Origin: Candidatus Dadabacteria bacterium
GTDB lineage: Bacteria > Desulfobacterota_D > UBA1144 > Nemesobacterales > UBA2774
Assembly: GCA_020849425.1 (NCBI GenBank)
Contig: JADLGH010000094.1
Coordinates: 5,854 to 69,853, forward strand
DNA: 64,000 nucleotides
Reading direction: 5' to 3'
Shown here: piece by piece, positions 41,921 through 50,776 of the stretch
Position numbering within the stretch: position 1 is the first letter of the stretch
Layout of the letters: the number at the start of each line of letters is the position of its first letter
The notes under the pieces: generated by a model
Told to the model about the DNA's origin: nothing
Seen by the model: only the letters and a program-made list of their open reading frames with translations
The model's database searches: none
Program-made: the position numbers and the translations under genes

Positions 41921-43279
41921 ATGAAAAAGAATAAAGCCGTGGAGCGCAAGAATCTGCCGCTCGTCGCAATAATCGGAAGGCCGAACGTCGGGAAATCCAC
42001 CCTCTTCAACCGGCTCATCGGCGAAAGAAAATCCATCGTCGAGGACATACCCGGGGTCACGAGGGACAGGATATACGCCGACGCCGAATGGGACGGGAGG
42101 GAATTCAGCCTCGTCGACACGGGCGGGTTCGACCCCGAGGACGAGGAGATCTATCCCTCTCTCATAAAGAACCAGATAACGATAGCGCTCGACGAGGCCG
42201 GGGTCATAATCTTCGTCCTCGACGGCAAGGAAGGCGTCATGCCGCACGACTCCGACGTCGTCGGGCTCCTCCGAAGATCGGGGAAGCCGGTCATCTACGC
42301 GGTCAACAAAATCGACCACGAAAAGCACGAGCAGGCGGCGCTCGAATTCCACTCGCTCGGCATAGAAGACTACATCGAAATATCCGCGCTCCAGGGCCGG
42401 AGGATAAACGACCTCCTCGACATGATCGTCGAGCTCCTTCCCGAGAGCGAAGAGCGGGAAGGCGAAGAGGAAGACGACGGCGCGATAAAAATAGCGGTCC
42501 TCGGAAAGCCGAACGTCGGGAAATCGACGCTCGTCAATAAAATCATCGGCAGGGAAAGGTCAATAACGAGCCCGATCCCCGGGACGACGAGGGACACCAT
42601 AGACACCCGCATCGAGCACGGCGGGCGGCCCTATCTCATCATCGACACGGCGGGCATAAGGCGGAGATCGAAGATAAGCTTCTCCGTCGAGAGGCACAGC
42701 GTATTCCGGGCCATAAGGGCCATGGAGAAGGCGGACGTCGCGCTCCTGATGATAGACGCCGAGGAAGGCCCGACGCACCAGGACGCCCGGCTCGCGGAGC
42801 TCATAGCCGACAAGGGACGCGCGTGCATCGTGCTTTTAAACAAGTGGGACCTCGTCCCGCGCGAGATCGCCGAGACGCCCGACATCGAGGGCATTCTGAA
42901 AGAACGCCTCCTGGCCGTCTCCTACGCCCCCGTGATGATAATATCGGCGCTCACGGGAAGGGGGGTCGAGAAGATATTCCAGAAGGTGAACGAGGTCTAC
43001 GCCAATTTTTCGAGCCGCATTCCGACCAAGACCCTCAACATATTTTTAAAGCGAATAACCGGCTCCAACCCGCCGCCGATCTACAAGGGAAAGGAGATAA
43101 AGTTCTACTATATTTCCCAGCCGCTCACGCAGCAGCCGACGTTTATTATTTTCACGAACGATATAAAGGGCGTCCCCGAAAACTACAAGCGCTTTCTCGA
43201 ATCACGCATGAGAGAGGAGTTCACCCTCGAAGGCACGCCCGTCAAAATCCTGTTCCGCTCGGCGCGCAATAAAGATTAA
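41921..43279 (+). CDS. der: ribosome-associated GTPase Der (EngA)
   Basis: Two G domains (GRPNVGKST, GKPNVGKST) plus a KH-like C-terminus. ATG 41921 is preferred over the upstream GTG 41879. Confidence 0.9.
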   Translation: MKKNKAVERKNLPLVAIIGRPNVGKSTLFNRLIGERKSIVEDIPGVTRDRIYADAEWDGREFSLVDTGGFDPEDEEIYPSLIKNQITIALDEAGVIIFVLDGKEGVMPHDSDVVGLLRRSGKPVIYAVNKIDHEKHEQAALEFHSLGIEDYIEISALQGRRINDLLDMIVELLPESEEREGEEEDDGAIKIAVLGKPNVGKSTLVNKIIGRERSITSPIPGTTRDTIDTRIEHGGRPYLIIDTAGIRRRSKISFSVERHSVFRAIRAMEKADVALLMIDAEEGPTHQDARLAELIADKGRACIVLLNKWDLVPREIAETPDIEGILKERLLAVSYAPVMIISALTGRGVEKIFQKVNEVYANFSSRIPTKTLNIFLKRITGSNPPPIYKGKEIKFYYISQPLTQQPTFIIFTNDIKGVPENYKRFLESRMREEFTLEGTPVKILFRSARNKD

Positions 43280-43300
43280 CGACATCGGAACCCGGCTACG

Positions 43301-44524
43301 CTATTTTTCAGGCGGCCTGCCCAGTGCGAGGAATATATTCTTCTCGACCTCGCGGGCTACGGCCTCCGCGGAGAATTTCGCGATCACGCGACCGCGCCCG
43401 GCTTCGCCCATCTTCTTCCCGAGGCCCGTGTCGAGGGCGAGCCTCGCTATGGCATTTCCCATCTCCTCAGTATCCCCAGGCGCGCACAGTATCCCCGTGA
43501 CGCCGTCGTCCACCGCCTCGACTATGCCGCCCGCCGCCTTGAACGCGACGACAGGCAGCGCGAACGACATCCCCTCTATGACGGAGCGCGGGAACGGGTC
43601 GGGGTAATTGGACGGGATGACGAACACGTCGAAATCCTTCAGGCACGGCCTCACGTCGTCCCTGTATCCGGTGAATATGAAATTATCTTCGAGCCCCTTT
43701 TCGGCGACGAGCTTTTTGAGATACGCCAGGTGATCGCCCTCGAAAAAATAAGGGGTGTCGCCGACGATTACGAACTTGAGCCCCCCTTCCCTTTCGCCGT
43801 ATTCCCGTATAGCCACGGCTGCGGCCTCGATGAAAAGGTCGTACCCCTTTCGCGGCACTATCCTCCCCGTGCTGCCGACGACGACCGTTCCCGCCGGAAT
43901 ATCGTACGCATCCCTGAGCTCGCCCACCGTTTTGGCGGGATCGTAATCGGCGACGTCCGTGCCGTTATAGACGACCGTTATCTTCTCCCTTCCGTACGGG
44001 AACTGCGCCGCGGCCGCACCCGATACGCATATTATTCGCTTTACCGACGGCAGCGCCGCCAGCGAATTGATTATGGTCCCGAGGAGGCGCGTCTGCTGTA
44101 TGTTCCTCACGTGCCACACGACGGGCGTTCCGTTTATGAGCCCCATTATCGCCCCGACTACCTTCGCCTGCGTCCCGTTACAGTAAATGACGTCGATGCT
44201 CTGCCGCCTCAGCCATACGGGTGAAGTTATTACGAGGGAAGCTAGGTCCAGGATGTTCAGAACGAGCGATGCGATACGCGCGGGCGCGCCGCCCCCGGAA
44301 AACCACGGGCGCTTCAGGTTTTCGGGGAACCTCCCGTCGATAATGATATTTTCGTAGAGTCCCGTGGCCCTGAGCCGCTCCGAGAAGACGTCGTCCTTCG
44401 GTATGAGAACGCACGGCGTCAGCTTCTCCCTGCCTAAGAACTTCAGGATATAATAAAGGCTCTTTCCCGGGCCGCCGTCCCTTATCGAATGGTTGATGAA
44501 AAGCACTCTCGGGGATGAATCCAT
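43301..44524 (-). CDS. glycosyltransferase family 4 (GT-B)
   Basis: 407 aa with a C-terminal GT1/GT4 signature (PSNYPDPFPRSVIEGMSFALPVVA). Confidence 0.8.
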   Translation of the reverse strand: MDSSPRVLFINHSIRDGGPGKSLYYILKFLGREKLTPCVLIPKDDVFSERLRATGLYENIIIDGRFPENLKRPWFSGGGAPARIASLVLNILDLASLVITSPVWLRRQSIDVIYCNGTQAKVVGAIMGLINGTPVVWHVRNIQQTRLLGTIINSLAALPSVKRIICVSGAAAAQFPYGREKITVVYNGTDVADYDPAKTVGELRDAYDIPAGTVVVGSTGRIVPRKGYDLFIEAAAVAIREYGEREGGLKFVIVGDTPYFFEGDHLAYLKKLVAEKGLEDNFIFTGYRDDVRPCLKDFDVFVIPSNYPDPFPRSVIEGMSFALPVVAFKAAGGIVEAVDDGVTGILCAPGDTEEMGNAIARLALDTGLGKKMGEAGRGRVIAKFSAEAVAREVEKNIFLALGRPPEK

Positions 44525-44668
44525 GAACGCACCTTCTTACGAGCTAAGCTATCCTACCATGATATGCGCGGGGCCGCTAATTACCGGCTTATGAAATTCC
44601 CGGGCGTGTGGGTATAATGTAAAATTAAGGAATTTGAGGATTTACCGGCCGGAAATAAAGGAGGATTA

Positions 44669-45346
44669 ATGTTCAAAGGCTGCGGAAGAATTCTACCTAA
44701 AGGGGTGATTGCCATCCTCGCGATTGCGTTGTTCGCCGTAGGCGGCTGCGACGTGGAATTCGGAGGCGGAGGGGGCGACAACGGAGGAGGCGGAGGAGGC
44801 GGGGGGAGCAACACGGAAACCATCCAGGGCTCCATAGTGGACATAATACCGGACGAGCCCCTCGAAGGCATAATCGTAGACGTCTCCGTGGACGGCGTCG
44901 CGCTCGAATCGGGCGTCACGGACGACGACGGATTCTTTTCGGTAGACGGCCCTATTGCCGGAACGGCGCTCCTCGAATTCACGAGTGAAGCGGGAATGCT
45001 CCTCGGGTCGTACGGCGTCGAGATATTCCCCACGGCCCTGGTCGAGCTCGGTGACATCACGCTCGAAAGCGGGGTGGTAAAGCTCGATAATATCTATCCC
45101 GAAGTCACGTTCGACGCCGAGGTAACACAGAACAACTGCACCGGAAACACGGGCTCCATGCAGGTCGAAGCCAGGAACGACCAGGGGACCAGGGTCGCCG
45201 TAGTCCAGATATCGAACTCGACCGACCTCATAATAAACGGCGACGAGGTGGACTGCGAAGATATACTCGTCGGAAGGAACGTCGAGATACAGGGCGATCT
45301 CATTTCCAGCAGCACCGTAGACGCTTTCCGCGTCGAAATCGACTAG
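44669..45346 (+). CDS. lipoprotein with Gly-rich linker and beta-sandwich-like (CarboxypepD_reg-like) region
   Basis: Strong RBS AAGGAGG, lipobox AVGGC, the run GGGGGDNGGGGGGGGSN, then IQGSIVD...GVTDDDGFFSV. Confidence 0.6.
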   Translation: MFKGCGRILPKGVIAILAIALFAVGGCDVEFGGGGGDNGGGGGGGGSNTETIQGSIVDIIPDEPLEGIIVDVSVDGVALESGVTDDDGFFSVDGPIAGTALLEFTSEAGMLLGSYGVEIFPTALVELGDITLESGVVKLDNIYPEVTFDAEVTQNNCTGNTGSMQVEARNDQGTRVAVVQISNSTDLIINGDEVDCEDILVGRNVEIQGDLISSSTVDAFRVEID

Positions 45347-45410
45347 CCGGGTAGAGCCTCGGCGCCGGAAGACAAAGCACCGGAGCTGTCTCAATCGGGG
45401 AAACGGGGGA

Positions 45411-46004
45411 TTACTTCTCGTCGAGAGATTTGACCTTCTTTTCGAGATCCTTGATTTTTTCCATGAGAAGATCGACTTCGCTCACCTTTTCGGCGTAGGG
45501 TGTAGCCGTTTTGCGTTCGGCCGCAGAATCGCCGTCGGATTTTTCAGAGGCAGGCCCCGGCATGAAATCGCCCGGCTTGAAGTTCTCCATATCCGGCGGC
45601 ATCGGCATCCCGGGGGGGAACCATCCCATCTCCTGCCAGAGCTTCACGTTCTTCTTGAAGTTCTCCTGCACGGAAAAATAAGGCTGGAACATCATTAGAA
45701 AATAGTTCTCGAAAAAGTCCTTGGCGACCTTGTTGCCGTACTTTATAAGCATGTGGAGGAACGAAACGGGGAGTATGTCTTCCTTGTTCTTTTCGCTTTC
45801 GAGCACGACCTGTATGAGTATCACCTTGGATATGTCGGCCCCGGTCTGGGAATCGATGACTTTCACCTCGTTCCCCTCGCGAATTAGCGCAGCAATATCC
45901 TCGAGCGTAACGTAACGCTTGTTGGTCGAATCGTAGAGCCTTCGGTTGCTGTATTTTTTTATAGTAACCTGGCCGGGCGTGCCGCTTTCCTGTTTACCGG
46001 GCAT
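45411..46004 (-). CDS. phaR: polyhydroxyalkanoate synthesis repressor PhaR
   Basis: Has IKKYSNRRLYDSTNKRYVTLEDIAALIREG at the N-terminus. Confidence 0.85.
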   Translation of the reverse strand: MPGKQESGTPGQVTIKKYSNRRLYDSTNKRYVTLEDIAALIREGNEVKVIDSQTGADISKVILIQVVLESEKNKEDILPVSFLHMLIKYGNKVAKDFFENYFLMMFQPYFSVQENFKKNVKLWQEMGWFPPGMPMPPDMENFKPGDFMPGPASEKSDGDSAAERKTATPYAEKVSEVDLLMEKIKDLEKKVKSLDEK

Positions 46005-46061
46005 AAGTATTATAATTATTCGAAGAAACGGCGTTCAGTCAAGAAACGTGAAAATTAGACA

Positions 46062-46090
46062 CTTGACAATTTCCCTGAAAAAAAGGAATA
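46062..46090 (+). promoter_or_regulatory. candidate sigma70-type promoter of ilvE
   Basis: TTGACA, 17-nt spacer, GAATAT, in the phaR/ilvE divergent gap. Confidence 0.3.
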
Positions 46091-46138
46091 TTTTATACAA
46101 TATACAAATACCAGGCAGGTATGACAGGAGCATTGGGC

Positions 46139-47095
46139 ATGACCGGCAAGCCTTATCAGATATGGTTCGATGGTGAGTTTGTCTCGTGGGAAGATGCGCA
46201 GGTACACGTACTGACTCACACGCTACACTACGGCGTTGCGGCCTTCGAGGGGATTCGGGCGTACAGGTGCGCCGGCGAACGCTCTGCCGTGTTCAGGCTT
46301 CCGGAGCACGTGGACAGGCTCTACGCATCGGCGCACATCGCCCATATCGACATCCCCTTTTCCAAGGAAGAGACTCACAACGCAATTATAGAGCTCCTCA
46401 ACATAAACTACCTCGAAGAGGCGTACATACGCCCGATAGCCTATATCGGCGGGGGCAAGATAGGCCTTCATCCGGGCGACAATCCCATACATCTCGCGAT
46501 CGCGGCATACCCGTGGGGGACGTACCTCGGCGAAGGCGCGCTCTCTAAAGGCATAAGCGCCAAGGTTTCCTCCTACACCAGGATGGGCGTAAATTCGTTC
46601 ATGACCAAGGCCAAGCTTAGCGGGAACTACATCAACTCCGTCCTCGCAAAGCTCGAGGCCACCTCCTACGGCTCGGACGAAGCCATTCTCCTCGACAGCG
46701 AGGGCTACGTCGCCGAGGGCTCCGGCGAGAATATATTCATAGTCAGGAACGGCAAGCTTAAAACCCCTCCCCTCACGTCGATACTCGAGGGCATAACCAG
46801 GGATTCCGTCATCAAGATCGCCCGGGACGAGGGCATCGAGGTCGAGGCCGAGCGTTTCACGCGCGACGAGCTCTACATAGCGGACGAGGCATTTTTCACA
46901 GGAACCGCCGCCGAGATAACCCCGATAAGGGAAGTAGACAAGCGCACCATAGGCAAGGGAAAGCCCGGGCCTATAACGAAGAGGCTCCAGTCGAGGTTCT
47001 TCGACATCGTGGAAGGGAAGGACCCGAAATTCATCGACTGGCTCGAATTCTTTTCGGCGGCCCCCCCGCTCAACATAAAGAGCGAGTCCAAGTAG
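46139..47095 (+). CDS. ilvE: branched-chain amino acid aminotransferase
   Basis: Has IWFDGEFVSWEDAQVHVLTHTLHYGVAAFEGIRAY. ATG 46139 has an AGGAG RBS 8 nt upstream. ATG 46121 is an in-frame alternative. Confidence 0.88.
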   Translation: MTGKPYQIWFDGEFVSWEDAQVHVLTHTLHYGVAAFEGIRAYRCAGERSAVFRLPEHVDRLYASAHIAHIDIPFSKEETHNAIIELLNINYLEEAYIRPIAYIGGGKIGLHPGDNPIHLAIAAYPWGTYLGEGALSKGISAKVSSYTRMGVNSFMTKAKLSGNYINSVLAKLEATSYGSDEAILLDSEGYVAEGSGENIFIVRNGKLKTPPLTSILEGITRDSVIKIARDEGIEVEAERFTRDELYIADEAFFTGTAAEITPIREVDKRTIGKGKPGPITKRLQSRFFDIVEGKDPKFIDWLEFFSAAPPLNIKSESK

Positions 47096-47388
47096 CGGAG
47101 CCCGGTTCACTACGCCCGGCCGCAGCCTCAATCTCAAGCCGTAACAGCCGGTTAGGTCCGCTCACGGCTTAACTAATTTTAATATTTCCCCATAATTCAA
47201 TTTTCTCTTGACAGGCAAAATCAGATATTGTAGCTTAGAGCGGTGCACATAGATATCCGGATAAGTGTGTACGGAGTCTGGGCGTCCGGGCCTTCCTTTT
47301 ACATGTGATGAGATCGCCCTTTCATGCCTAACGTCGTGAGAGGGAAGACAGAAAGATTTAAAATCACATCTCACAGGGGGATACACCA

Positions 47389-48330
47389 ATGTCAGTCAGA
47401 TACTTCCTCTTGCTGCTCGCGGCTACATTCGCTATCTCGGTGAAAGCCGGCGCACAGCCCTTCGCATACATAACGAACGAGTCGGACGACACCGTTTCGG
47501 TTATAAATACGGCGACCAATACCGTGGTTGCCACGGTGCCGGTGGGGAACACTCCCTACGGCGTCGCCGTTACCCCCGACGGCGCCCACGTCTACGTGAC
47601 TAATTCCCCTTCGAGCGTGTCCGTCATAAGCGCCGCCTCGAATACGGTGGTTGCCACCGTGCCGGTGGGAAACCTTCCCATTGGAGCCGCGGTTACGCCC
47701 GACGGAGCCCGCGTCTACGTGACTAATCAGGGTTCGGATACCGTATCCGTCATAAGCACCGCCTCGAATACAGTCGTTGCCACGGTGCCGGTGGGTGACC
47801 TTCCCATTGGCGCCGCGGTTACGCCCGACGGAGCCCGCGTCTACGTGACTAATCAGGGTTCGGATAACGTATCCGTCATAAGCACGGCCTCGAATACAGT
47901 GGTTGACACCGTGCCGGTGGGAGTCGGTCCCCAGGGCGTCGCGGTCACGCCCGACGGCGCCTCCGTCTACGTGGCTAATTCGGGTCCAGGCACCGTATCC
48001 GTCATAAGCACCGCCTCGAATACAGTTGTCGCTACGGTGCCGGTGGGAGACGATCCCCAGGGCGTCGCGGTTACCCCCGACGGCGCTTTCGTCTACGTGA
48101 CGGCAGATAACGTATCCGTCATAAACACCGCCTCGAATACAGTCGTTGCCACTGTGCCGGTAGGTAATTCTCCCGTAGCATTTGGCGTTTTCATAGTCCC
48201 CGCTTCCCCCGTGCCGCCGGTGCCGTTCATCAATGTCCCCACCCTGAGCCAGTGGGGGATAACCATACTCGCGGCCCTTTTCGGCGTCTCGGCCGCAGTC
48301 GCGATAAAGAAAAGACGGACGGCGGACTGA
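47389..48330 (+). CDS. YVTN-repeat beta-propeller protein (6 repeats) with IPTL-CTERM-like tail
   Basis: Signal peptide MSVRYFLLLLAATFAISVKAGA, six 42-aa units (..VSVISTASNTVVATVPVG..P.G.AVTPDG..VYVTN..) and the tail NVPTLSQWGITILAALFGVSAAVAIKKRRTAD. Confidence 0.85.
   Translation: MSVRYFLLLLAATFAISVKAGAQPFAYITNESDDTVSVINTATNTVVATVPVGNTPYGVAVTPDGAHVYVTNSPSSVSVISAASNTVVATVPVGNLPIGAAVTPDGARVYVTNQGSDTVSVISTASNTVVATVPVGDLPIGAAVTPDGARVYVTNQGSDNVSVISTASNTVVDTVPVGVGPQGVAVTPDGASVYVANSGPGTVSVISTASNTVVATVPVGDDPQGVAVTPDGAFVYVTADNVSVINTASNTVVATVPVGNSPVAFGVFIVPASPVPPVPFINVPTLSQWGITILAALFGVSAAVAIKKRRTAD
47674..47925 (+). repeat. two adjacent 126-bp (42-codon) blade units that are near-identical
   Basis: 47674-47799 versus 47800-47925 differ at about 9 of 126 positions by manual alignment. 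Confidence 0.85.
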
Positions 48331-48416
48331 CAGGATTCACCCCCGTGCGCCCGGCACGCCGAGTAGTATCGCGAGGGGACGAGGCAGGAAGAGAAGGTCA
48401 CAACTTATCAGGGGGA
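48326..48416 (+). repeat. 91-nt inter-paralogue spacer, copy A
   Basis: Exactly identical to 49500-49590 by manual comparison (ctgacaggattcacccccgtgcgcccggcacgccgagtagtatcgcgaggggacgaggcaggaagagaaggtcacaacttatcagggggat). Confidence 0.9.
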
Positions 48417-48423
48417 TACATCA

Positions 48424-49503
48424 ATGTCAGTCAGATACTTCCTCTTGCTGCTCGCGGCTACATTCGCTATCTCGGTGAAAGCCGGCGCACAGCCCTTCGC
48501 ATATGTAGGGAACTCGTTCGATAACACCGTTTCGGTTATAAATACGGCGACCAATACAGTGGTTGCCACTGTGCCGGTGGGAGACTTTCCAATCGGCGCC
48601 GCAGTTACACCGGACGGCGCCCGCGTATACGTGACTAACCAGGGGGCAAGCAGCGTATCCGTCATAAGCACCGCCTCGAATACAGTGATTGCTACGGTAC
48701 CGGTGGGAAACTCTCCCGAGGGCGTCGCAGTTACACCGGACGGCGCCTTCGTCTACGTGTCTAATAACACATCAAACGACGTATACGTCATTAGCACCGC
48801 CTCCAATACAGTGACTACCACTGTGCCCGTAGGAAGCGGACTCAGGGGCGTCGCGGTCACGCCCGACGGCGCTTTCGTCTACGTGGCTAATCAGTTTTCA
48901 GATAACGTATCCATCATAAGCACAGCCTCGAATACAGTGGTTGACACTGTGCCCGTGGGAACCCTTCCCTATAGCGTCGCAGTCACACCTGACGGCGCCC
49001 GCGTCTACACGGCTAATATTTGTTCAAACGACGTATCCGTCATAAGCACAGCCTCGAATACAGTGACCGACACGGTGCCCGTGGGAGACTTTCCCCAGGG
49101 CATCGCAGTTACACCCGACGGCGCTTTCGTATACGTGACTAATACGTGTGCAAATAGCGTATCCGTCATAAGCGCCGCCACAAATACCGTGATTGACACT
49201 GTGCCGGTGGGAAGCGTTCCCCTTGGCGTCGCTGTTACACCGGACGGCGCTCGCGTATACGTGGCTAATAATACATCAGATAACGTATCCGTCATAAACA
49301 CCGCCTCGAATACTGTGATTGACACTGTGCCGGTAGGAGACAATCCCATAGCGTTCAGCCTTTTCATAGGCCCCGCTCCCTTTGTACCACCGCCACCGGT
49401 CAGCAATATCCCGACCATGAGCCAGTGGGGGGCAATTTGCCTCGCGGCCCTTTTCGGCGTCTCGGCCGCGGTCGCGATGAAGAGAAGGCGGACGGCAGCC
49501 TGA
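48424..49503 (+). CDS. YVTN-repeat beta-propeller protein (7 repeats) with IPTL-CTERM-like tail
   Basis: The first 80 nt are identical to the gene at 47389. Seven 42-aa units. Tail NIPTMSQWGAICLAALFGVSAAVAMKRRRTAA. Confidence 0.85.
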   Translation: MSVRYFLLLLAATFAISVKAGAQPFAYVGNSFDNTVSVINTATNTVVATVPVGDFPIGAAVTPDGARVYVTNQGASSVSVISTASNTVIATVPVGNSPEGVAVTPDGAFVYVSNNTSNDVYVISTASNTVTTTVPVGSGLRGVAVTPDGAFVYVANQFSDNVSIISTASNTVVDTVPVGTLPYSVAVTPDGARVYTANICSNDVSVISTASNTVTDTVPVGDFPQGIAVTPDGAFVYVTNTCANSVSVISAATNTVIDTVPVGSVPLGVAVTPDGARVYVANNTSDNVSVINTASNTVIDTVPVGDNPIAFSLFIGPAPFVPPPPVSNIPTMSQWGAICLAALFGVSAAVAMKRRRTAA

Positions 49504-49590
49504 CAGGATTCACCCCCGTGCGCCCGGCACGCCGAGTAGTATCGCGAGGGGACGAGGCAGGAAGAGAAGGTCACAACTTATCAGGGGGAT
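49500..49590 (+). repeat. 91-nt inter-paralogue spacer, copy B
   Basis: Identical to 48326-48416. A degenerate partial copy follows the third gene (about 50671-50700). Confidence 0.9.
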
Positions 49591-49595
49591 TCGGA

Positions 49596-50672
49596 ATGCC
49601 GGTCAGATATTTACTCTTGCTGCTCGCGGCTATATCCGCTATCTCGGCGGAAGCCGGCGCACAGCCGTTCGCATACATAACGAATGGGGTTGACGACACC
49701 GTTTCGGTTATAGATACAGGGACCAACACCGTGGTTGCCACAGTGCCGGTAGGAGTCGGCCCCCAGGGCGTCGCGATTACCCCCGACGGCGCTTTCGTCT
49801 ACGTGACCAATCTCTTCTCGGATAACGTATCCGTCATAAGCGCCGCCTCGAATTCGGTCGTTGCCGCCGTGCCGGTGGGAGACGCTCCCGGGGGCGTCGC
49901 TGTTACCCCCGACGGCGCACGCGTCTACGTGGCTAATGCGGATTCAGACGACGTATCCGTTATAAGCACGGCCTCGAATACAGTCATCGCCGCCGTGCCG
50001 GTGGGAGACTTCCCGATCGGCGTCGCCGTTACCCCCGACGGAGCCCGCGTCTACGTGGCCAACCAGGGTTCGGATAACGTATCCGTCATAAGCACGGCCT
50101 CGAATGCAGTCGTCGCCGCCGTGCCGGTGGGAAGCCTCCCGATCGGCGTCGCGGTCACGCCCGGCGGCGACCGCGTCTATGTGACCAACCTCTTCTCGGA
50201 TAACGTATCCGTCATAAGCACAGCCTCGAATACGGTCATCGCCGCCGTGCCGGTGGGGAACTTTCCCATCGGCGTCGCTGTCACCCCTGACGGCGCCCGT
50301 GTCTACGTGGCTAATGCGGATACAGATACAGTATCCGTCATAAGCACAGCCTCGAATACAGTCATTGCCACGGTACCGGCGGGAGACCTGCCCGACGGCG
50401 TCGCGGTCACCCCCGACGGCGACCGCGTCTACGCGGCTAACCAGGGCTCGAATAACGTATCCGTCATAAGCACCGCCTCGAATACTGTCATCGACACCGT
50501 GCCGGTGGGAAACGGTCCCATAGCATTCGGCATTTTCATAGGCCCCGTGCCGCCGGTGCCGCCGCTACCGGTCGCCGACATCCCTACACTGAGCCAGTGG
50601 GGGGCAATTATACTCGCGGCCCTTTTCGGCGTCTCGGCCGCAGTCGCATTGAGGAAAAGGCGGGCGGCATAA
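49596..50672 (+). CDS. YVTN-repeat beta-propeller protein (7 repeats) with IPTL-CTERM-like tail
   Basis: The ORF-track frame opens at 49425 inside the previous gene. ATG 49596 gives a signal peptide MPVRYLLLLLAAISAISAEAGA parallel to the other two. Tail DIPTLSQWGAIILAALFGVSAAVALRKRRAA. Confidence 0.85.
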   Translation: MPVRYLLLLLAAISAISAEAGAQPFAYITNGVDDTVSVIDTGTNTVVATVPVGVGPQGVAITPDGAFVYVTNLFSDNVSVISAASNSVVAAVPVGDAPGGVAVTPDGARVYVANADSDDVSVISTASNTVIAAVPVGDFPIGVAVTPDGARVYVANQGSDNVSVISTASNAVVAAVPVGSLPIGVAVTPGGDRVYVTNLFSDNVSVISTASNTVIAAVPVGNFPIGVAVTPDGARVYVANADTDTVSVISTASNTVIATVPAGDLPDGVAVTPDGDRVYAANQGSNNVSVISTASNTVIDTVPVGNGPIAFGIFIGPVPPVPPLPVADIPTLSQWGAIILAALFGVSAAVALRKRRAA

Positions 50673-50776
50673 CAGGTTCACGCCGGCGCGCCCGGCAACA
50701 AAACCGGACATGACGGACAGCACCTGCTTTGAGCCCGGAAAACCCCGCCGGGGAGAAGCCGCCCGGATTCGGGCGC

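Noticed and set aside
48093-49574. Two antisense ORFs that begin identically (MTFSSCLVPSRYYSACRAHGGESCQ...), at 48093-48401 and 49005-49574.
   Set aside because: Their shared start lies in the duplicated 91-nt spacer and the rest is antisense to the propeller genes. The conservation is explained by the repeat itself.
47389-50672. Regular 126-bp periodic repeats that might be mistaken for a CRISPR array or a non-coding satellite.
   Set aside because: The period is 42 codons inside continuous ORFs that have signal peptides. The repeats are protein blades, not repeat-spacer units.
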